64,000 nt of DNA, taken from the NCBI RefSeq assembly GCF_030144855.1, contig NC_082721.1, positions 23,312,001 to 23,376,000 on the forward strand, in the 5' to 3' direction. A program made the position numbers and the translations under genes. The notes beneath the pieces are model-generated. The model searched no databases, had not been told where the DNA came from, and was given only the letters and a program-made list of their open reading frames with translations. The DNA is from Hypanus sabinus. Lineage: Eukaryota. Of the stretch, positions 1-11,017 are shown in pieces; within the stretch, counting starts at the first letter, position 1; every line of letters starts with the position of its first letter.

Positions 1-3
1 AGG

Positions 4-81
4 CAAGATTCCCAACCAGGGGTCCACAGATCACTGGTTTAATGGTAGGGGTCCACGGCATAAAAAAAGTTGGGAGCCCTG
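4..81. mobile_element. Short hAT-type MITE remnant
   Basis: Imperfect terminal inverted repeats CAAGATTCCCAAC ... GTTGGGAGCCCTG resembling Charlie-type CAGGGGTTCCCAAC ends. Confidence 0.45.
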
Positions 82-1050
82 TTCTAAGGATGGCATCTGG
101 AAAACCGATGAAAACTCAGTCCCCGAGTTGCCCCAACCCAGATACACTATTTAGTCTGGGCTGAAAGAATTGGTTGCATGCCAAGTGCCACAAATTGCCT
201 TTAGATCATTTCTTTGGATTTAGTTCTTTGTTAATTTTAACACAATTATAGTATAGTGCGTTCCAAAGGCCATAGATAATAGCTGTTTGGTTTAAGTTAA
301 AATAAAACTACTTTGAACAGTATAGTTTAGAACTTGTAGCTGTCACCTTATTGCTATCATCTGGAAGAAATGCTTGCACAAACCAAAAGATGAGGTAAGT
401 ATTAAATTTAAAAAACAACAATAGAAGCTTTTTTTGAACATATTCCTTAAAGGGACGTGGATGTTGCTGGCGTTTATTGTCCATTCTTAATTGTTTCCTG
501 GGGAAAAGAAAATGACTTATTAGGCCAAACGAGAGGCAGTTCAGTGCTGATCGCATTTGTTGGCTGGGAATCAAACAAGTCAGACCAACTAGGGATCAAA
601 ATGGTTCAATTTAATATCGGGGAACGCATATAATATACAAGCTATAATTCTTTTCACTTCGCACACTTGCACGAAACAAAAAAAAACCCAAAGAATAAAT
701 GACAGAAACATCAGAACCACCGAAGCCCCTCCCCGCCCCCCACTTGCAAAAGCACCTCCCCCCTTTCCCCCAGCCATGCCAGGCATGACAAAGACAACCT
801 TGATCTTGAGTCCATTAAAAACTACAACCCAGAAGCCAGCACTTCAGTATCTCAGACAGGCTGTCTCTCCACAAGGGAGAGAGAGATTACTCCTGCAACA
901 TGAGCAGGATAGATTTTCCGCTATAATGGACATTGGTGTAAAAGTAGGGCTTTAATAGGAATCTTTTAATTCTGCAGTTCCCATGACTGATTCTACTTTT
1001 CATTCCAATTCTATCTAATTATCAACTTTGAATACCAAGCTGACGCGATA

Positions 1051-1138
1051 GGAATCAAAGCAACAGGCACAAAATGCTGGAGGAAATCAGCAGTTTTCAG
1101 TTCAGCTTCTCCAGTATTGTGTGTGTTGCTTTAATTCC
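1051..1138. mobile_element. Degenerate fold-back Penelope pLTR remnant
   Basis: GGAATCAAAGCAACA...CACAAAATGCTGGAG and its reverse complement CTCCAGTATTGTGTG...TGTTGCTTTAATTCC. Confidence 0.6.
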
Positions 1139-1315
1139 TTATCAGCTACGGACTTCCTGGTGGCTATGATGGGAATCCAGCTTGTTTTTCTGTATCTGTG
1201 ATCATTGTACAAAGGCCAGTGACTACCACAGCATGAGCTTAGCAGCCACAAACTTGAGCAGAATTAGGCTATTTAGCCTATTGAATATGCTCCCCTGTGC
1301 CCGATTTATTATCCC

Positions 1316-1493
1316 ACATAAAATGCAGGAGGAACTCAACAGACTAGGCAGCATCAATAGAAAAGAATACCATATTGATGGGAAAGTCTCGGCCCAAAAC
1401 ATTGACTGTACTCTTTCCTGTAGATGCTGCCTGGCCTGTTCAGTTCCTCCAGTATTTTGTGTGCTGCTTGCATTTCCAGATATTCTCGTTTGT
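1316..1493. mobile_element. Fold-back Penelope-derived insertion with 13-bp TSD
   Basis: Inverted pLTR arms; exact flanking direct repeat GATTTATTATCCC at 1303-1315 and 1494-1506. Confidence 0.8.
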
Positions 1494-2332
1494 GATTTAT
1501 TATCCCTTTCAACCTCCTTCTCCTAGCCTGTATTGATGCACAACTTGATATTGAAGTGGATTAAACTTTTAAAAAATCTTTTTAAAAATCTGGGCTAACT
1601 AATAATGCAATTAAAACATTAAGGACGCAGCACCACAAAGTTAAAAGCTATTGAATGTGAACCAGTAATGCTCTGGAATAAAAGTCGCCTTGCAGGACAG
1701 TGTTCTGTGACAGTTTTTCAGCTCCAACACTCTTGTATGAAATGGCGAGCATATGGAATCTAAGCTTTCTCTCCTCCCACCCCCGCCAGCCCCCTTGGCT
1801 CAACATTAAGCTGTCTCAGCTCCAAATCCGATGTTTCTGGATTTATTTCCAGATAATGTAGCACAAATCTATCCTGGCAGGCACATCTCCGCGAGAACCA
1901 GGGACAAGGTGCACGAAAAGTTAAATTGAGACCACCCCTTAAGTGAAAAGGTAGAGGCAGGGGATTCTCCCTACTTCCTCCGCCAATGGGTCGGAAATTC
2001 TGAAAAATGAGCAGCTTTGACTTTAACTCACCTACTCTTTATGTGTGGGAACTAGCTGTGCACACGTTGGCTACAATAGACAGTGACTACTAGTCTACAA
2101 TACAGGGTTGCTGTGCTCTTTGAAATTGGTCAAATATTTGCATTCGAACTCTCATGGAAAATTTACCAAAAGGCCAACAATAGAACTGAAGAGTAAGATG
2201 CCTATCCCCGCAGACAGGTGCAACTATTTTTTCCCCCAACCCTGCCCGTGCTCTTCATCCCTGCTGTGAGAATTTCACCCAATCCGAATATTAAAGGCAA
2301 GTCAGACGAGTAAGTAACTTTTCAAATGTCAA

Positions 2333-2360
2333 TTTATTGTAAATATAATTTGCGTTTATT
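2333..2360 (-). terminator. Candidate GADD45B polyadenylation signals (two AATAAA)
   Basis: TTTATT on the plus strand at 2333-2338 and 2355-2360, in an AU-rich segment about 700 nt downstream of the stop. Confidence 0.6.
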
Positions 2361-3050
2361 TTAATACACATCTTAAAGATCAGATATAATTACAAAACAC
2401 TCATCGAAAAAGTCATGACATTTCACAAGTTTCGAATCAAATTGCACGACGCCCACTACAATCGAGATTTCCTTGCATTGGCCTCCGAGCTGAAATTAAA
2501 TGCAACCATTCGTATCTGCTGCATCTCTGTCCTGTGCGACACCCGTGGCTTGTGCAAGGTTTCCCGTTTAGAAATAAAAACGGCCCCCAAAATCCTCAGT
2601 GCAGCTCCGCATGGTTTCCTTTCAATTCTCCACAATGAGAAACTCCAGTGCGATTGGGCGAGACCGTCAATCGTTATATAATAAACCACCACGTCACAGT
2701 CCTTGGTATACCAATATCCCTCTCTGCATTTCAGTCCAGTCTTTTTAAAAAAATATATATACATATACAGAATGTCCTGGTTCCAAACCCCGCTTCCATT
2801 TCCAAATCTGCCTTCTCATCGCAACTTCGCCTCTTCTGCTCCCTCTCGGCTCCGGGAGCCGTTGCAATCCACTTGCCGTCTCGAAAACAGCCAAGTCCCG
2901 CCAGCTATGCCGATTCCTTGCATCTTTTAAAAAAACACTGCCTTCGCAAACCAAGATTTTTCTCATCCACGTCCCTCTTGTTAAAAACGGCATACATCTA
3001 TTTAAAAGATTGCAAATTTTGCAGCTTTTTTAAAATTCACCGAGACCTTG

Positions 3051-3164
3051 TCAGCGTTCCTGCAGGGAAACAATAGGAACCCACTGGTTCTTATTTCTGC
3101 TTTCCTGGCAATAGCTTCCGACTTCCTCCAGCGCCTCACATTTCCAAACGTCGGTGTGAGAGTT
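3051..3164 (-). CDS. GADD45B: GADD45 beta, coding exon 4 (114 nt; [37 protein letters not shown])
   Basis: TTGCAG acceptor and TGA stop at 3053-3051. HTD.WK, EV.SYC.ESR..NQWVP and the SLQER terminus match the beta paralogue rather than alpha (LPER) or gamma (LPE). Total CDS is 474 nt = 157 aa. Confidence 0.95.
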   Translation of the reverse strand, partial: NSHTDVWKCEALEEVGSYCQESRNKNQWVPIVSLQER

Positions 3165-3429
3165 CTGCAAACAAAATTAAAACGGTTAGTTCAGAATCGC
3201 GTCAGCATAGCAGCGCGTCAATTCCAGTCAGCCTCTCCCTGATCACGCAACCTTCAGTTTCACGTCTGTTGCAACAGCTTAACTCCATAAATGCCGACTG
3301 ACTACGCACTACAGTATACTGTACTATTCGTTAAGTTAATTTCATTCTAACACTACGTACTTGCGGAACAAGTACGGTGGCGATGTTTAGACAGAAATAA
3401 TTTAATTGCATTAAGAGGAGGGAACCTAC

Positions 3430-3643
3430 CGTGACAAGCATGCAGTGAACGTCCAGGGGCTCAGCACTCTCTTCCCCGGCTTCCAGAATCTCCTCCAGCC
3501 GCTTGACACCCCGCAGCCGCACAATGTTAATGTCGTTTTCACAGCAAAATGCTTGAATCAGAGTGAAGTGAATCTGCAGAGCGATGTCACTCTCCTCGTC
3601 CTCGTCAGCCGCCAAGAGGCAAAGAACGACACTATCTGGGTCA
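3430..3643 (-). CDS. GADD45B: GADD45 beta, coding exon 3 (214 nt; [43 protein letters not shown]...HCMLVT)
   Basis: Core L7Ae/Gadd45 motif, lying inside ORF 3331..3759; TTGCAG acceptor and GTAGGT donor. Confidence 0.97.
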
Positions 3644-3766
3644 CTGCAAGGGAACAAGACGAGAAGTTCAGTATAATTGCAGGAAAAAAAAATCAACTCA
3701 ATTGAAAAAGATATAGAAAATGACTTTGCAATAAATTGCACTTTTTTGATATTATACAATACTTAC

Positions 3767-3868
3767 ACATTCATTAGTTTCGCCGACTCATAGACTCCAA
3801 CGGTTAAACAACCCTGGCGCTGGGATGCCACCAACAATTCTTCTAAAGCTTGGTCAATTGTTTGCATC
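3767..3868 (-). CDS. GADD45B: GADD45 beta, coding exon 2 (102 nt; [34 protein letters not shown])
   Basis: CAG acceptor and GTAAGT donor; [14 protein letters not shown] matches the GADD45B sequence. Confidence 0.96.
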
Positions 3869-4011
3869 CTGAACAAAAGCAGAAATGTTTATTAGAACGA
3901 GTTCAGAAATGAAGTTCACATTATCAAAGCGTGGTCTTTTCCACGTTATTAAAACCCGATCGCCAAGTGACTGCACGACTTTGAATTGAACAATTAATTA
4001 AATGCGCTTAC

Positions 4012-4055
4012 TTCTTATTGGTATTGTCAGTTCCAGTAGTATCCTCCAAAGTCAT
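4012..4055 (-). CDS. GADD45B: GADD45 beta, coding exon 1 (44 nt; MTLEDTTGTDNTNKK)
   Basis: ATG at 4055 gives the MTLE N-terminus typical of GADD45; GTAAGC donor at 4011; phase 2 joins exon 2. Confidence 0.93.
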
Positions 4056-4236
4056 ATTGCAGCGATTAAATCCAAGGTAAAAGAACATGCGAGTGCAACA
4101 ACCAAATAATTCGTTGCAGACTCCGCCGTTGAACGTAACAATCCCCAATGTCGGTGTAGACGATCTTTATCAAGTCGATTAACAGTCCACTTAGATCTCC
4201 AACTCCGTCTGTAGCTCAGAAAGCGAGCTCGTCGCT

Positions 4237-4330
4237 CTTTTAAGTAGGATTGCGAACCACCCACCGCCTCATTTACATATCACCTGCTATTGGCGGACTA
4301 CAACACGTGGGCGCGGTTACGGGAAATTCC
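4237..4330 (-). promoter_or_regulatory. GADD45B proximal promoter: TATA-like, octamer-like, CCAAT, E-box and NF-kB site
   Basis: TACTTAAAA on minus (~4238-4246), ATTTACAT 4271-4278, ATTGG 4289-4293, CACGTG 4304-4309 and GGGAAATTCC 4321-4330, in a CpG-rich context upstream of the ATG exon. Confidence 0.65.
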
Positions 4331-4431
4331 TTGTTTCTCTCCCTGCTTCTAGTCTGCTGCTTAATCCGTGACTAAGTTTCGCGTGCTGTGGGGATGATTA
4401 AATTGCACGGTTGTATCTTTTGCAATGAAAC

Positions 4432-4484
4432 AAATCTCAATGTTTAAGAATAAAATCTCAATGTTTAAGAATAAAATCGCAATG
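4432..4484. repeat. 21-bp tandem duplication (AAATCTCAATGTTTAAGAATA x2.5)
   Basis: Two exact copies at 4432-4452 and 4453-4473 plus a partial third. Confidence 0.9.
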
Positions 4485-6057
4485 CAACCTTAGTTCCTTA
4501 CGACTTCCCCAAAAGAACCTGTGTTCATATTGTGTCTGTCTGTATCTACTGTACCTTATTTATTTTTAAACTTAAATGCTACAAAACATTTATGCAATAT
4601 GTAACAACCAACAAAGCAAAAAATTAAATCCCTGAAGTATTGTGGTTTGATATGGGAAGCGTTGCACTTGTTCCAAATTAGCTATGAATTTTCCTGCAAT
4701 TAATTAGGAATATTTCCTTTTAAAACAGGGATTATCAGCTTTGGGTAGTTTCAACGTTCTGCCAGTTTTTATTGAACTTGTTGATCAAGATCAATCTGCA
4801 GTCGTGTTTTGCAACAGGCGCTACTGGAAATTTAGAGTGTGGATTGTAGGTGAAGCTAAACATTAAACAGTTGCGTAAAGGGAGTTGGAAACTTCTCGTT
4901 TAAGCTGGATGCACCAGGAAATCTATGGCACTTCGGTGTTCTGAAGTACAAAGTACTATATAACTAAATGTACTTACTGTTATTGATTCTGTGCGGAGTG
5001 AAAAATGCATTGGAAATTAAGTTAGATTCTCTTCTTCGTGGTTTCAAATGTGGAGTTATTTACTGTGCATAACAAGTAATAAAAACTCCTCTTGTCAATA
5101 AGTAAACAGGTCACATGCGGGGGTACCTGCAGCGACCGTATGTATTGTAAACTTGAACGATATGAAAATAGCAATAGCAATAATTATAAAAGATGACACC
5201 AGAAGATCGAAAACATGCCCCGCATGATTATAATTTACATTTTAAATCTGCCACTTCTTTGTGTGATCGTTTGCATTGTTTGCATCTGCAACATCAAGAT
5301 AGGTAACATGTTACTCAGAGCAACTCACCCCACCCCACCCCCACCTTCAAATGTTCCTAAACAAAATGTCCTAAATATTTTCGTTGTATTTGCGACTGCA
5401 ATAAATTGAGCCCTTGGCAAAGTTTGCAGGCAACTTTAAATTGCCATTTGAGAACTTTCCGTCGGTGGTTTGCAAAATTAAGACAATAGAAGAAATAGTT
5501 TGAATTCCAAACAGAATGCATGCTTAATTAGCCGTTCCTGACCCCCACCCTGAAAACCGTTAAAATAGAACGTAGCTTGTAAACACATTCAGAAATAAAT
5601 ACGTTTACATTTGCAGCATTTAACACTTAACCCAATCGAACAGCGCCGTCTGGCGTGGCGTACTGCCTTTAATTCTTGTTACTGGGTCACTGCTTCCATC
5701 TGGTGTTCGATCGGAGAAGCATAAATTCTTCGTATGATTCTTTAATCCCTGAATTGAAAGTGATTGTTGCTTTCTGTCTGTTTGGATTTCGTCAATTGAA
5801 GCGGATGTATGGTGTATCATTAAACGAAGTATACACTGTACTAGGCTATATCTAGTCATTCAGTTGTTGGTGTCAGAAGCAGGGTAAAACTTGTGGGCTG
5901 CCCCCAGCACCTCCTCAGACTGTGTTGGACATTGATGCAAAGGGGCGCATTTCCCTGTACTATGTGTTTTGATATTTCAATGTACATGTGAGAAACAAAG
6001 CTAATTTTTAATTAAATAGAAAAACAGATACTTTTATAAATGATGGGAGATTGAAAT

Positions 6058-7665
6058 TTCAAACACGAGGAAATCTGCAGATGCTAGAAATTCAAGCAAC
6101 ACACACAAAATGCTGGTGGAACACAGCAGGCCAGGCAGCATCTATAGGGAGAAGCACTGCCGACGTTTCGGGCTGAGACCGTTCGTCAGGACTAACTGAA
6201 AGGAAAGATAGTAAGAGATTTGAAAGTGGGGGGGAGGGGAAAATGTGAAATGATAGAAGACCGGAGGGGATGGGGTGAAGCTGAGAGCCAGAAAGGTGAT
6301 TGGCAAGAAATACAGAGCTGGAGAAGGGAAAGGATCATGGGACAGGAGGCCTCAGGAGAAAGAAAGGGGGAGGGGAGCACCAGAGGGAGACGGAAAACAG
6401 GCAGAGTGATGGGCAGAGAGAGAGAGAGAGAGAAAAGAGGAGGGAGAAAAACTAAATGTATCAGGGATGGGGTAAGAAGGGGAGGAAGGGCATTAACGGA
6501 AATTAGAGAAGTCAATGTTCATGCCATCAGGTTGGAGGCTACCCAGCCGGTATATAAGGTGTTGTTCCTCTAACCTGAGTGTGGCTTCATCTTGACAATA
6601 GAAGAGGCCATGGATAGACATATCAGAATGGGAATGGGACGTAGAATTAAAATGTGTGGCCACTGGGAGATCCTGCTTTCTCTGGACAGAGCATAGGTGT
6701 TCAACAAAACGTTCTCCCAGTCTGCGTCGGGTCTCACCAATATATAAAGGCCACACCAGGAGCACCGGACGCAGTATACCACACAACCCGACTCACAGGT
6801 GAAGTGTCGCCTCACCTGGAAGGACTGTCTGGGGCCCTGAATGGCGGTGAGGGAGGAAGGAAAGGACGGGGGGAGGGAAAGATGAGCTTGATAGTGAGAT
6901 CTCTTTGGAGGTGGCAGAAGTTACGGAGAATTATACGTTGGACCTGGAGGCTGGTGGGGTGGTAGGTAAGGACAAGGGGAACCCTATCCCGAGTGGGGTG
7001 GCGGGCGGATGGGGTGAGGGCAGATGTGTGGGAAATGGGAGAGATGCATTTGAGAGAGGAGTTGATGGTGGAAGAAGGGAAGCCCCTTTGTTTAAAAAAG
7101 GAAGACATCTCCTTCGTCCTGGAATGAAAAGCCTCATCCTGAGAGCAGATGCGGCGGACACGGAGGAATTGTGAGAAGGGGATAGCATTTTTGCAAAAGA
7201 CAGGGTGGGAAGAGGAATAGTCCAGGTAGCTGTGAGAGTCTGTAGGCTTATAGTAGATATCAGTAGATAAGCCGTCTCCAGAGATGGAGACAGAAAGATC
7301 AGTAAAGGGGAGGGAGGTGTCGGAAATGGACCAGTTACATTTGAGGGCAGGGTGAAAGTTGGAGGCAAAGTTAATAAAGTCCACGAGCTCAGCATGCATG
7401 CAGGAGGCAGCGCCAATGCAGTCATCGATGTAGCAAAGGAAAAGAGGGGGACGGATACCCATATATGCTTGGAACATGGACTGTTCCACAAAGCCAACAA
7501 AAAGGCAGGCAGAACTGGGACCCATACGGGCACCCATGGCTACACCTTTGGTTTGGAGGAAGTGGGAGGAGCCAAAGGAGAAATTATTGAGAGTAAGAGC
7601 TAATTCCGCTAGAAGGAAGAGAATGGTGGTAGAAGGGAATCGGTTAGCATTTTGTGTGTGTTGTT
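6058..7665 (-). mobile_element. 5'-truncated Penelope-like element (RT C-half plus GIY-YIG endonuclease, pLTR, short inverted pLTR at the 5' junction)
   Basis: ORF 6812..7537 has MGARMGPS..LF, YIDD and YYKPTDSH.YL; ORF 6493..6786 has LYIGET.RRL.ERF.EH...EQHLI..L.SL.P.GMN. Inverted pLTR piece AGCATTTTGTGTGTGTTG at 7646-7663. TSD GATTGAAAT at 6049-6057 and 7666-7674. Confidence 0.92.
6159..6192 (-). ncRNA. Minimal type I hammerhead ribozyme motif in the Penelope pLTR
   Basis: Minus strand reads GUC-CUGACGA-ACGGUCUCAGCCC-GAAAC-GUC-GGC: both catalytic boxes, a short stem II, a loopless palindromic stem III (ACGU) and a GUC cleavage triplet. Confidence 0.7.
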
Positions 7666-7879
7666 GATTGAAATATGTTGGTGTCAGAGGGATGTCGATG
7701 TCATTTTACTCTCTACTGGAAGGTAATGTAGAAGTACAACAAGTCAAACAACATGTTGGTCTTCATAGCAAGAGGACTGGGCACAATAGTGAAGGCATCA
7801 GTGCAAAATACAAGTGCACAGACATAAATATTAGAAGAGAAGTGGAAAGAATAAAAAAAAAATCACCGCCAATAGCCTA

Positions 7880-9110
7880 ACAGGAGGGCGTCATCACTTC
7901 CCAGGCAATAGAGTGACTTATTATAGTGCCTAATGGCCAAGGGTAAGAATGGCCTCATATAGCACTCTTTGAGCAGCGCAGTTGTCTTAGTCTATTATTA
8001 AAAGTGCTCCTCTGTTCAGCCAAGGTTGGATGCAGAGGGTGAGAAACATTGTCCAGAATTGTCAGGATTTTCCATAGGGTCCTTTGTTCTACCACAGCCT
8101 CCAGTGTGTCCAGTTTGACTCCTGGCATCAGTCATATTGATGCCATTGCCCAGCACACCACAGATTGTACTGGTGACAACAGACTGTGGTAGAACATGCG
8201 AAGGAGAGGCCTGCATACTCCGAAGGACCCCAGTCTCCTCAGGAAGTAGAATCGACTCTGGCCCATCTTGTACACAGCCTCTGTGTTGGTGTTCTGCTCA
8301 AGTTTGTCATCCAGGTGCATCCCCAGGTACTTGTGGGTCCTCGCCATCAATAGTAACAGGGAGCAGTGCAGGCTTAGTCTCCTTAATGTCCATCACTATA
8401 TATTTGTCTAACTAATGTTGAGCTACAGGTGATTCAGCTCGCACTGTTTGACAAAACCCCCCACCCAGGCTCTGTATTCATTCTCCCGTCCTCCTTTAAC
8501 ACACCCTGCTATTGCTGAGTCATTAGATGTCTGCTGATGACACAGCAGAGTGTTGAATATAAAGTCAGGGTAAACAGGAAGGGAGCCTATACAGTCCTCC
8601 ATGGAGTTCCAGTGCTGCTTATAGCCATGCCTGACACACAGCTCTGAAGTCGCACAAACTGTGGTCTGCCAGTCGGGTAGTCCATTATCCTGGATATAAT
8701 GGAAGTGCCAGTCTGCATTGAATGGAGCTTTTCCCCCAGCAATGAGGTCTGTATGGTATTGAAGGCAGTTGAGAAATCAAAAAACATAAACATTGCAGAG
8801 CTGCCTGGTTTATCCAAACAGGACTAGGCTTTGCTCAGCAGGTAGATGACAGCCTCATAAACTCCAATGTGCTCCTGGTAGGCAAACTGCAGGGGATCGA
8901 GGGCTGATCTGACCAGGGATTGGAGGTGAGCCAGGACCAGCTTCTCATGATGTGAGAGGTCAGGGCCACAGGACAGTAGTCATTCAGACTTTCAGTAGGC
9001 CCTTCTTGGGTACTGGGATCCATGATGTTTTCCACACAATCGGGACCCTTTCCAGGCTGAGACTCACATTGAAAAAGCTCTGGAGAACTCTACACAACTA
9101 CTCAGTGTTG
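7880..9110 (-). mobile_element. Rex1/Babar-type LINE RT fragment (decayed)
   Basis: Fragments LNDYCPVALTSHIM, FFDFSTAFNTIQ, YLGMHLDDKL and RFYFLRRL.SF. Confidence 0.85.
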
Positions 9111-9619
9111 GTTATAGAATGAGGGAGATGATAGTACATCAAGTGGGCAATATTCACAATTTGAGGGGAAGAATTCTCATGAGCAAAATATTTTTGCATA
9201 AGTACTTCAGTTAATTTTCTTTTTAATAACATTTAGAATTTTCTTTTTTTTAAACCAGGGTGTCACCTTTTAATGATGAGGAATCGAAGCTGACTGTACT
9301 AAATTTGCAAACCATTTATAACACTATTACCAATGATTTACTTCTAATCATACAATGTTCCATTAACGTAAGATTCACTAGGGGTTTTTGGTAATTATGG
9401 TTCATGGGGTACGACTGTCTTTTACAGGAGACATAAACTATCTCTGTTGTGATAGGAATTTGAAAAACAAAGCTGAATTATTTTGATTACAAATGAGTGA
9501 TCTTAGGGATTTCCATTGTCCTTTACAGATAATGCAAACCTACAGAAAAGGTCACCAGCATACTTTAGGAAATGTGTGACAATACCCCACAAACAACAAA
9601 TGTGATTTAGACTAGACCA

Positions 9620-9900
9620 TCTGTTTTATTCTATTGATATCGGTTGATGGATAAATATTGGCCAACATACTGGGAAGAATTCCCTGCAGTTCTTTGAAAT
9701 GGTGCCCTGGGGTCTCTTAAGTGCAACAATGCAAAGGTGTGCCAGTTTAAGCTTTCACCTGAAACGTGAATGTCCAACAATGCAGCACTCTGTCAATATT
9801 GCAGAGGAGTGTCAACCTAGCTTCATCCACCCCCCACCGCTCCCACCATGGCACTGAATCAAGATTTGAACCTCTCACCATCTGAGAATGTTACCTCCAA
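9620..9900 (-). mobile_element. DeuSINE (SacSINE1/AmnSINE1-like) remnant
   Basis: GGATAAATATTGGCCA...CTTTGAAATGGTGCCCTGGG...AATGCAGCACTC...GAGTGTCAACCTAG matches the Deu central domain as I recall it; a related fragment lies at about 33105-33240 (+). Confidence 0.6.
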
Positions 9901-10656
9901 ACTATAGCTGACAGCTCTTCTGATCTTTCCTTATATCCCGGCCCTCAGCAGCAATCAACTTTAGTTGTTCCTGCATCATCTGTGGGACTTGCGTCCCCAT
10001 GACTACAACAAATAATAGGATTAGTTTAGATTTCCAACGTGACTGCAGTTGTATTTCTACAAAAGATCTAAAAATTCTCAAGGTCAAGTAGCTTTGAGAG
10101 ATATGAATGTAGCTGAATTTGGTCTTTTGAATAATTTTCTCTGTTGTACAGCATCATTATTTTCTCTTTAATAGATCTGCATATACTAAAGTAATCTTTG
10201 ATGCTGTTAGCCTGTTGGTACTTCTGCATTAAACTCTGGCTACACCCACCCTCTGAAATGGATGCACAATATTGTAGAATGCTGAAGAAGAAGAAGGGGA
10301 ATGTTCACTTGAGCCACATGGGTAAATTTTATGCTTCAACCAAAGATTAAATATAAAGATAATAAGTTTATTGTTTTTTATGGGAATCATGCTTTGTACA
10401 AATTTAAGAATTTTACATTATTGTGATTAAATTACTCAGCTTACAATGTCTGAACTGTCTGGATTGATGATACAGAGGTGTGATGTCAAATTCCAAAAAA
10501 AATTTATATTCAGTCAATTAAAAAGACTCTGGAATTAAAAAGCTATTACCAATAACAACAAATGCCAGAAAATGCAGATGAAAATTTCATCGTTTATTGA
10601 CTTCTGCCGGGGAAGGAAAGTTTGCACACTTCTGTCCAAAATGCAATACCATGTAA

Positions 10657-10866
10657 TGTTGTTCTTTCTTTTTGTGTCTACATTGGGCAGCATTTTTGCC
10701 GTTTCCTTAGCATTTGTCTGCCTGTTTTTTATGAGGCCAAGTTGCTAGCTTGATGCTCAGCCCAGCACGTGTACAAGGAACGTACAAGATGGAACGTGTA
10801 CAAGGGGCGGAACCTGGGGCCATTTGCCTCAACGTCCGGCGCAGATGCCACTACACCATTGGTGGC
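10657..10866 (-). mobile_element. tRNA-derived SINE with 9-bp TSD
   Basis: TSD ACCATGTAA at 10648-10656 and 10867-10875; same family as the plus-strand copy at about 16706-16918. Confidence 0.7.
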
Positions 10867-11017
10867 ACCATGTAAAATGGTTGACTCTTAATTGTCCTTT
10901 TAAATAGTATAACAAGCTTGTTTAAATGGCATTTAGGTATAGGCATGGCAATTAAATGTTGATCTTACCAATATAGCTGAATTCCAACTTTCCAAAGTCA
11001 TTACTGAGAAGTAATAT

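Noticed and set aside
2415-3242. Overlapping ORFs of 64-142 aa
   Set aside because: They lie in or antisense to the GADD45B 3' UTR and last exon and have no recognisable motifs.
3331-3759. 142-aa ORF as a single-exon GADD45
   Set aside because: Only 3430-3643 is exon; the ends are intron read-through bounded by canonical splice sites.
3051-4055. GADD45G call based on the neighbouring SEMA4
   Set aside because: Diagnostic residues (AKLMNVDPDSV, EV.SYC.ESR..NQWVP, SLQER) and the 102/114-nt exons 2 and 4 fit GADD45B.
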